64,000 nt of DNA from Armatimonadota bacterium (GTDB taxonomy: Bacteria; Armatimonadota; UBA5829; DSUL01): assembly GCA_039811685.1 (NCBI GenBank), contig JBDHZC010000001.1:256001-320000 (forward strand). The letters are read 5' to 3'. The translations under genes were made by a program, and so were the position numbers. Below the pieces are notes generated by a model, which worked only from the letters and a program-made list of their open reading frames with translations, was not told the DNA's origin and did not search any database. Positions 57,142 to 64,000 of the stretch are shown piece after piece. Within the stretch, counting starts at the first letter, position 1. Each line of letters opens with the position of its first letter.

Positions 57142-58914
57142 ATGAATCAGACTGTTATTATCGCTATCTTATTTTCCGTTTTACTGGCTATACCGGCTTC
57201 AGGAGTTGAGGCCGCGCAGGAGCCGCCAAACAATCCGAGCACAGCCGAGGCGGCAGCCTGGGTGAAAGAGCATCAGCCCAAGCAGATGCCGCGAAAAGGA
57301 ATCGTACCTTCCGGTGTCATGTTGATGACCAACGATCCAGGGGGTAATCCCGGGGACGACTGGGACGACGTTGGCACCTGGAGAACGATCCGCGAGGCCT
57401 ACATTGACCAGACGGGCTGCAACACGGAGCACGTTGGCATCAGTTGGGGCGCCACGGAAAAGAGCGCTCCGGTTGGCGGCAGGCACACATACGATTTTTC
57501 AGGCGTTCGCGTAAGTCCTCGAGCTCTGCGCCAGAAGTACATCATCTGCAAGCTGGATCATATGAACAGCGACTGGGGCAACAAGCTCCTGTTCTCTCAG
57601 GACAGCAAAGATCGACAGATCTACGATCAGTACCTGTCCGCATGGGCTAAAGCGGTCGCGCAGTATATGAACCAGAAATATGGCGTCACTCTTTTTGAAT
57701 GCGGAGGCAACGAGCGCGATCTTGTGGCGGAATCCACGTTCAAGCCTTACTTCCCCAACTGGTACGTCTTCTATATGACCCCAGTGCGAGCCATCTACAA
57801 CGGAGTCAAAGCGGCCTCCCCAAACAACAGGCTGATTGCGGGCAACTTCTGCTACACCGACCGGGCGCACGTTAGCTGCATGTTCCTGCTGGACGGAAAG
57901 CGCTATTTCGACATCTACGCTATCCACGCCTACGGGCCTCAGGATGCTCATATCGACATGGAGCAGCTTGTGGAAGCCAGGCAGGAGCTCGAGGCACGTG
58001 GGGCTGGAGACGTCCCGATTCTGGTAGTTGAAGGCTGGTCCAGCCTGCCACTACCCGCGTCCATTGAGCAAGATAGGACCTGGAAGGGTGGGGCTCGTCC
58101 CTACACCGAGCCAGAGATTGAGCACTTTCGTCAGGCGGTACTTGACGGGTGGCGCAATCTGACGACAGAGCGTCCTGGTGAGTACAGCCTCAAAAATCTC
58201 GCAGGAGCGAACTTCTTCGTGCTCAACGATCACTGGGGAGGGCGCGGTTGGGCGGCTCGCGGAAAAGCCCAGTACGACGACAGCGGAAAGCTGAAAGGCT
58301 TCCTGTTGGACGGCTACTACATAGGCACGACTGATCCAGATTATCTCAAACCAATTCTCCGCCCCTGGGGCCTGATTGACATCAACGGTCTTCCAAAGGG
58401 AGATACTGTGTACGGGTTTCCGCCATACCTGCCAAAGAACAACTTCACCGCTACACTGCATGTGGACTTGGAGACGTCTTACTATGACTCCAGGCATCCG
58501 GAATGGACTGCGCCGCAGGTGAAAGCTGCAACGACCTACCGCGCAACTGTTGAGTTCACTAACAAAGAAAAGACACCCATGACGGACTGCCATTTCAGTC
58601 TTTCTGAGAGAAGCGACAAGGACTCCCCGGGAGGATACGCCTTTGCCTTTGTGCAGGGCCAACTGCATACAACCGCCAATCCGGATGAGCGCCATCTCGT
58701 GCAGGCTACTCTGATTTCACCGAAGCCTCCAACCACAGTCCAGCCGGGACAGACAGTGACTCTGGAGTATGAAGTCACCTTTGACCCGTCCCTGGACGCT
58801 GCCCCGGATGGAGTCCAGAAGCGCGTCCGTCCGATCGCAAACCTGTATTACGTGTGGGATGGACGGCCTTACCACACAGACGCCTGGCTGCCACGCGTGA
58901 TGGTGAAAAAATAA
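57142..58914 (+). CDS. Secreted putative clan GH-A glycoside hydrolase, family unclear
   Basis: Signal peptide; 'FECGGNE' (acid/base), 'IYAIHAY' and 'ILVVEGW' (nucleophile). Confidence 0.55.
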   Translation: MNQTVIIAILFSVLLAIPASGVEAAQEPPNNPSTAEAAAWVKEHQPKQMPRKGIVPSGVMLMTNDPGGNPGDDWDDVGTWRTIREAYIDQTGCNTEHVGISWGATEKSAPVGGRHTYDFSGVRVSPRALRQKYIICKLDHMNSDWGNKLLFSQDSKDRQIYDQYLSAWAKAVAQYMNQKYGVTLFECGGNERDLVAESTFKPYFPNWYVFYMTPVRAIYNGVKAASPNNRLIAGNFCYTDRAHVSCMFLLDGKRYFDIYAIHAYGPQDAHIDMEQLVEARQELEARGAGDVPILVVEGWSSLPLPASIEQDRTWKGGARPYTEPEIEHFRQAVLDGWRNLTTERPGEYSLKNLAGANFFVLNDHWGGRGWAARGKAQYDDSGKLKGFLLDGYYIGTTDPDYLKPILRPWGLIDINGLPKGDTVYGFPPYLPKNNFTATLHVDLETSYYDSRHPEWTAPQVKAATTYRATVEFTNKEKTPMTDCHFSLSERSDKDSPGGYAFAFVQGQLHTTANPDERHLVQATLISPKPPTTVQPGQTVTLEYEVTFDPSLDAAPDGVQKRVRPIANLYYVWDGRPYHTDAWLPRVMVKK

Positions 58915-58945
58915 CTGAGCGACTGTTCCGACAGGAGAATCCGAC

Positions 58946-61621
58946 ATGATCGTCCTGCGCACAGGAAGGGCAAGGCTTTTCACAAGGTGGGCGCTGAGCG
59001 CTACCATTCTGGCACTCGCACTTGGAGGCGCTGCTATGGCTGCCGTCATCCCGGTTGATGATTTTGAAAATACGCCTGAGTCTGCGTGGAGTTTCACGAA
59101 TGGATCGGAGTACCCCGGCGCAAGAGGCTCTTTCTCCATCTCCCGCAAGGGTGGATACGCGACCTCTCGCTGTGGGATTCTCGCCTGGGATTTCGGCGGC
59201 GGAGGCAACTATGTGCAGGTAAGCCGCTCACTCCCCAAAATTTCTCAGGTGAGGTCTCTCAGGCTGTGGATCAAAAAACCGTATGCCAATTCCATCGGAG
59301 TGCGCTTTACCGACTCCCAGGGGCAGACGTTTCAGAAGAGCTTCAATTTTCCGAAGAAGGACTGGCAGGAAGTTGACATCAGCCTGGGCGGCTGGGCAGT
59401 GTCCTGGGGAGGAAAAGGCGACGGTGTATTTCGCGGAGATCCAACTCTGTTTGGGATTCTCGTTGACAATAACGCCGACAAAACCGGAACGCTGTTGTTT
59501 GATGATCTGCGCCTCGTGACTGAAGACACATCCGCCGATACCGCCGGTCCGGTCACCTATACTGTACAGACACTTTCAGGCCATTCATTCGGCGGTGATG
59601 TCTCACTATTCGGTCAACCGGCCAGCCTGGCGCTATCCGTTAACGCCCCTGCCGAGCGAAAAGTCCGGCTGGTTATTGGCTCTCATTTCCATTCGTACGA
59701 GCGGGAACTGACCACAACAATATCCGGTGCTCAAACCCTGCATTGCGATCTTGGCAGCATGGAAGATTGGGAGGCGAAAGGCTCAGAGAAGGGGATTCAG
59801 TATCCGCTCCGACTCCTGGGGATACAAAGTGATTCAGGGCTCCGTCTCGAAGATTTGAAGGTCACGACCAGGATCGATCCGTCGCAACGCGTGGTTCTGA
59901 TACCAGCCGGCCGAATGGAGAAGGACACAGCTCTGTTTGACGTTACGCTGCAGAGCATTCTTCCAGGGGCCACTCAGGGCAGATTACACTGTATCGCCCG
60001 GGACTGGGATCACAATCAGTTGGCCGAACGCTCAGTCGCCGTCAGCCTTCCTGCGGGGAGCAGCGTGACCAGGCGCGTCTCAATACCTGCTCACAACCGT
60101 CCGTTCGTGGAGTTGGAATGCCGCTTCGTCACCTCAGATCACAGCTATGGCCCCTCAACCGAGTGTGCGGTGGCTCCTGAACCAGAGCTTCCCCCTCAAA
60201 GCGCTGCGAAAGGCTCCCCGTGGGGAGTGGGTATATATCTTTACCGATTTGCGGGTGATCCGGCTGGCCCCAGACAGATGGATGCTCTTGCGGCAATGGC
60301 TGCACGCGCAGGAGTGAAATGGTCGCGCGAAGAGATGCAGTGGCATCGGATTGAGCCGGAAAAGGGTAGGTTCGACTGGACTTTCTATGACCAGCTTGTG
60401 GACACAGCCGAGCGTCACGGCATCAGTGTTTACGGTCTTATTGCGTACTGGTCTTCGTGGACAAAACCATATACTCAGGAAGGGATTGAGGACTACGCGC
60501 GCTATTGCCGGGCTCTGGTTTCCCACTACAAGGATCGCATTCACTACTGGGAGGTGTACAACGAACCAAACATTTTCTTCTGGAGCGGGCCAAAGGCCCT
60601 CTACCCGGAGCTTCTAAAAGCGGCCTACGCTGCAATTAAAGAAGCCGACCCCACCGCCCGCGTGTTGGGATGTTCCACGGCGGGTATTGACAGCGGATTC
60701 ATAGACATGGTGAACAGAGCCAAGGCGCCCTATGACATTTTGACCGTGCATCCGTATCGCCCCTGGCTGAATGAAGCTGCCTTCATCGACGATCTTCGTG
60801 GCGCACAAAAACTGACCGCAACAGATGGCAAAGGCAAGCCAGTCTGGATTACGGAGATGGGCTGGGCCACGCCTGTCGGTGGGACAACTCAGCGAGAGCA
60901 GGCGCAGTTGCTGGCTCGCTGTTACCTTTCGGCTGTTGCGGCGCAAGTTGATACAAACATATCCTGGTACGATTTTCGCGACGACGGAAATAACCCCTTC
61001 TATCACGAGCATCATTTTGGAGTTATTCGCAACGACATGACGCCAAAGCCGGCCTACCGCGCTCTGGGCACGGTCTGCCGAAATCTACCGGGCGCGACAG
61101 TGGCCAAATCGCTGAATCTTCCGCATGGGCTGATGGGATACGTGTATAAAACCAGCGCGGGTCCGGCGACAGTAATCTGGCATCCGGATCAGGCCGCGAT
61201 TCTTCGTCTCTCAACAGGTGCAGGGCGCATTGTGAATCTGATGGGTGAGGAAGTGCAGCCACTATCGGTTGCTGGCTCCAAATATATCCTCCTCCAACCC
61301 GCGAGCCCGGTGCTGTTGACAGGTGACGCGAGTTCGGTTATCAATGCACAGCAACCTGTTTTGAGGGTTGAGGACGTTGCAGGTTTGTCGAAGATGCGGG
61401 TGACAATCTCAGGCCTTCCGCCGGGTGTGTCCGCGACTGTCGAAGCGCCACCACACTGGCCGGCCTCCTCAGTTCGCGGTTCTGCCAAAGTGGAGTGGGA
61501 GATGAAGCCGCCCGAGAGCGCGTCAGGGCCCTATATGGCGCAGCTCAGGCTGCGCGCAGCGTCTCGGACGCTTGCAGTGCCCGTTGTACTGCACGTGCAG
61601 CCTGCGCTTCTCAAAGTGTAG
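58946..61621 (+). CDS. Secreted GH39/GH5-like glycoside hydrolase with N-terminal CBM-like domain
   Basis: 'W..IEPEKG.FDW...D', 'WEVYNEPN', 'VHPY', 'VWITEMGW' and 'PKPAY'. Confidence 0.75.
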   Translation: MIVLRTGRARLFTRWALSATILALALGGAAMAAVIPVDDFENTPESAWSFTNGSEYPGARGSFSISRKGGYATSRCGILAWDFGGGGNYVQVSRSLPKISQVRSLRLWIKKPYANSIGVRFTDSQGQTFQKSFNFPKKDWQEVDISLGGWAVSWGGKGDGVFRGDPTLFGILVDNNADKTGTLLFDDLRLVTEDTSADTAGPVTYTVQTLSGHSFGGDVSLFGQPASLALSVNAPAERKVRLVIGSHFHSYERELTTTISGAQTLHCDLGSMEDWEAKGSEKGIQYPLRLLGIQSDSGLRLEDLKVTTRIDPSQRVVLIPAGRMEKDTALFDVTLQSILPGATQGRLHCIARDWDHNQLAERSVAVSLPAGSSVTRRVSIPAHNRPFVELECRFVTSDHSYGPSTECAVAPEPELPPQSAAKGSPWGVGIYLYRFAGDPAGPRQMDALAAMAARAGVKWSREEMQWHRIEPEKGRFDWTFYDQLVDTAERHGISVYGLIAYWSSWTKPYTQEGIEDYARYCRALVSHYKDRIHYWEVYNEPNIFFWSGPKALYPELLKAAYAAIKEADPTARVLGCSTAGIDSGFIDMVNRAKAPYDILTVHPYRPWLNEAAFIDDLRGAQKLTATDGKGKPVWITEMGWATPVGGTTQREQAQLLARCYLSAVAAQVDTNISWYDFRDDGNNPFYHEHHFGVIRNDMTPKPAYRALGTVCRNLPGATVAKSLNLPHGLMGYVYKTSAGPATVIWHPDQAAILRLSTGAGRIVNLMGEEVQPLSVAGSKYILLQPASPVLLTGDASSVINAQQPVLRVEDVAGLSKMRVTISGLPPGVSATVEAPPHWPASSVRGSAKVEWEMKPPESASGPYMAQLRLRAASRTLAVPVVLHVQPALLKV

Positions 61622-61665
61622 CGACCAGAATGATTTCGTGTGAAACCTGACAGGGAGTTCGATAT

Positions 61666-62298
61666 ATGAGCCTGAGAAAACTGAAATCCTGGCTTGGGAT
61701 GGATCTGCATTCTGAAGAGGAAGTTGTCGCTCCGGCATCTTTCGTTGAGCAGGTGACAAAGCTGGACTCTCTGGGCCTGCATCTGAACCCAGGTATCGAG
61801 CCCGAAGACCTCGAAGGTGACTGGGACGCAGATATGCTGGCGCAGGCAGAGCCTTTCGAGTTGGCTTACATCTCCATGGGTGGCGATATGCAGAGGGAGG
61901 GTGAAGCCGTTCCTGTGAGCGATCAGCTTTTTCTCTTAGAGAGTGGGTCTATCTCCAATCCTGGAGACTGCGCCCGTATCATCACCGCTCTCGCTCGGAT
62001 TTCCGCAGGCGAAGTCAAGATTCAAAATGCCTCTGACACACTGCAACCTGGAGCCTCAAAAGCGTGCGTCAGCTTTGATGTTGCCGAGGAGCACCTCGAG
62101 TGGGACGTTCGTGTGACAGATGGAGATGTTGACGCGACACTATTTACTCAGATGGTTGAGTTGACGGAGAAGCTGGGGACGCGCGGGCGGTACACGTCTT
62201 TTGCGACAGGAGATGATCTGGTTATCGGCTTTGCCACCCCGGAGCAACTCGCCCGCCTGCGCAAAGAGACCAGCCTGGACATTGTCTGGCTTGAGTAG
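61666..62298 (+). CDS. Hypothetical acidic protein
   Basis: 210 aa ORF with GGGAG RBS; no motif recognised. Confidence 0.6.
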   Translation: MSLRKLKSWLGMDLHSEEEVVAPASFVEQVTKLDSLGLHLNPGIEPEDLEGDWDADMLAQAEPFELAYISMGGDMQREGEAVPVSDQLFLLESGSISNPGDCARIITALARISAGEVKIQNASDTLQPGASKACVSFDVAEEHLEWDVRVTDGDVDATLFTQMVELTEKLGTRGRYTSFATGDDLVIGFATPEQLARLRKETSLDIVWLE

Positions 62299-62313
62299 AG
62301 ACTACTCGGCCGG

Positions 62314-63573
62314 CTAGAGCTTCCACACCCAGCCTCGGCGATTGCAGAACGCGATAATCAGCCACAGACACACCGTCCACAGAAGCCCCCACAGCAGGCC
62401 ATTGTATCCGGTCTTGTCCAGCAGGAATGCCTTCCAGTGAGGGGAGGAACACAAAGACGCCCAGGAGTTCAATTGGTCGTTGACGCTTCCTGAGAAAAAA
62501 GGCTCAAGCCCAAGTGCCCTGAAGGCCAGTCGCATGATTATTTGCATAAAGTAGGCAAGCAGAGCATTGCGTCCCAAAACATTGAGCGGCAACATCCAGC
62601 CTCGCATCCCCACTGCCGTATAAGCGTGGTGGAAGAGCAAAAAGACGAGCGCTCCGAGACCACTGGCGAAGAAGGCGTAAGAAGACGTAACGTCAGATTT
62701 GTTGAAGCACAGCCATGTGTGACCGCTCATCAAACCTAGCTGATGTGTAGCCAATCCTACGCCCCCAAATACCAGTGCCAGTGACGCCCCTGCAGTTGTG
62801 ATGCGGCGGTTGTCACGTGTGGCCAGAGCCTCACCGAGCAGTGTCCCAATCATGGCCATCACCCCGTAAGAGACAGAAACCCACGGTCTACAGTGGATCG
62901 TCAGTGGTCGTCGCCAGTCTCCGCTGATGTTGGTGACACTCCAGAAAGGCTGGCTTCCATCTCCGAAGTGCAGCCACCAGCCGAACGTCCGGGACATGAC
63001 CGTGTGAAAAATGGCTATGACTAGAATCGCGGCTAATCGCCACCGCAGCGGCAGGCGCATGGCAAGCGCCGCCATCAGGTAGGCCACGCCGATTGCCTGA
63101 AGAATGCCCCACCAGTAAGACAGTGAGAGTATCAAGCTGATGTAGACAACTCCCGCCGCGATGAGCATGAGAGTCCGCGAGATCACTCTGTTGCGCCACT
63201 GCTTGCCGCGCCGGACGCGACTCAAGGGGATGCACATGCCAACGACAAGGACAAACCATGGAGCAACCAGATCTGTGACCGTGCACCCAACGTTTTTCAG
63301 GCGCGCTTCGGGAAGTTTGAGAATCTCCGAGTCGGTCAGACCTTCAGCCTTGCGCTGCTCCACAAACTCCTCCCAGCCGACCTCAGCATGGTTCCACGTG
63401 GAGACCGGCAGGCTGCCAAACCATGACCCACGCTGAGGCAGGTCCTTGTAACCTCCCGCTGCCACTGCGATGACCAGGATCATCAGGAATATCGTGAATC
63501 CTCGAAACAGATCGATGGACTCAAGACGCCCAGATGCGGATGATTCTGTCCCTTCAGATGCACTCATGAACAT
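62314..63573 (-). CDS. HGSNAT/NagX-like membrane acyltransferase
   Basis: 'RL.SID.FRG.TI.LMILV', 'GCT.TDLV.PWF...VG', 'GILQ.IG..Y' and 'G.NAL.AY'. Confidence 0.8.
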   Translation of the reverse strand: MFMSASEGTESSASGRLESIDLFRGFTIFLMILVIAVAAGGYKDLPQRGSWFGSLPVSTWNHAEVGWEEFVEQRKAEGLTDSEILKLPEARLKNVGCTVTDLVAPWFVLVVGMCIPLSRVRRGKQWRNRVISRTLMLIAAGVVYISLILSLSYWWGILQAIGVAYLMAALAMRLPLRWRLAAILVIAIFHTVMSRTFGWWLHFGDGSQPFWSVTNISGDWRRPLTIHCRPWVSVSYGVMAMIGTLLGEALATRDNRRITTAGASLALVFGGVGLATHQLGLMSGHTWLCFNKSDVTSSYAFFASGLGALVFLLFHHAYTAVGMRGWMLPLNVLGRNALLAYFMQIIMRLAFRALGLEPFFSGSVNDQLNSWASLCSSPHWKAFLLDKTGYNGLLWGLLWTVCLWLIIAFCNRRGWVWKL

Positions 63574-63582
63574 CTACCTCTT

Positions 63583-63999
63583 TCACCGTGCGAAAAGGTC
63601 TCTCAACAAATCGCGCACGTCCGTGGCGTCCTGACGCAGCCGTTTTTGGACATCTCTTGGATTGGCCGGCTGGAACACTTCTCCTCGAATTCGCTGTACA
63701 TCTTCCCACTTGCTTCTGATGGCCTGAGCATTGCCGGACTCAGCCGTTTTGCCGGCCGCATCGAGAAGCGCAAGAGAAGACGCTACCGAATCAGCGGCCT
63801 GCTCTGGTTGTCCGTTGCCCGTGTATCGCGCGGCGTCGTCCAGCGTGCGGGAAGACTGTTCCAGGAGCGCGCTCAGACTCTGGTAGCGGATTCGATCGCG
63901 CTCCGCCGCCAGCCTGCCCACATGGGCGGTCTGCCACCACGCGTCCAGCAGTAAAACCAGCGTCACTACCGCCCAGATGCTAAAAAGCGTTTTTTTCAC
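63583..63999 (-). CDS. Hypothetical protein with N-terminal TM/signal and helical body
   Basis: 138 aa ORF; the start lies at the window edge and is uncertain. Confidence 0.5.
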   Translation of the reverse strand: MKKTLFSIWAVVTLVLLLDAWWQTAHVGRLAAERDRIRYQSLSALLEQSSRTLDDAARYTGNGQPEQAADSVASSLALLDAAGKTAESGNAQAIRSKWEDVQRIRGEVFQPANPRDVQKRLRQDATDVRDLLRDLFAR

Positions 64000-64000
64000 C

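Overview
A 64-kb GC-rich bacterial window, almost all protein-coding. I found no rRNA, tRNA or CRISPR array. PEP-CTERM proteins, an 'AILFPVF' DUF1559-type prepilin and the style of the secreted repeat proteins suggest Armatimonadota (inference only). In order: (1) uronate catabolism genes (GH88-like, SDR, kdgK, eda); (2) housekeeping genes (der, plsY, cystathionine gamma-synthase/lyase, fetAB-like ABC pair, surE); (3) two paralogous PEP-CTERM genes behind a structured leader, then a TIGR03790-type protein; (4) an SOS mutagenesis cassette with a perfect GAAC-N4-GTTC LexA box, inactive ImuB-like gene, separate ImuB-C-like gene and dnaE2, with no imuA; (5) miscellaneous hydrolase and envelope genes; (6) a ~1,328-aa secreted beta-helix gene cleanly split by an intact 1,233-bp IS3 element with an ACA target duplication; (7) a four-gene heme-copper cluster whose subunit I has H-x3-N instead of H-x3-Y, the sNOR nitric oxide reductase signature; (8) a ~22-kb glycan-degradation region (GH172, GH38, GH116, clan GH-A-like and unclassified hydrolases, HGSNAT-like protein) containing a BglII/BstYI-type restriction-modification pair and an MntH-USP pair. 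The strongest novelty candidates are the sNOR-type cluster, the split ImuA-less mutasome, a ~200-aa C-terminal module shared by two unrelated secreted proteins, and several structured non-coding leaders. All family calls come from motif recognition by eye, not database searches.
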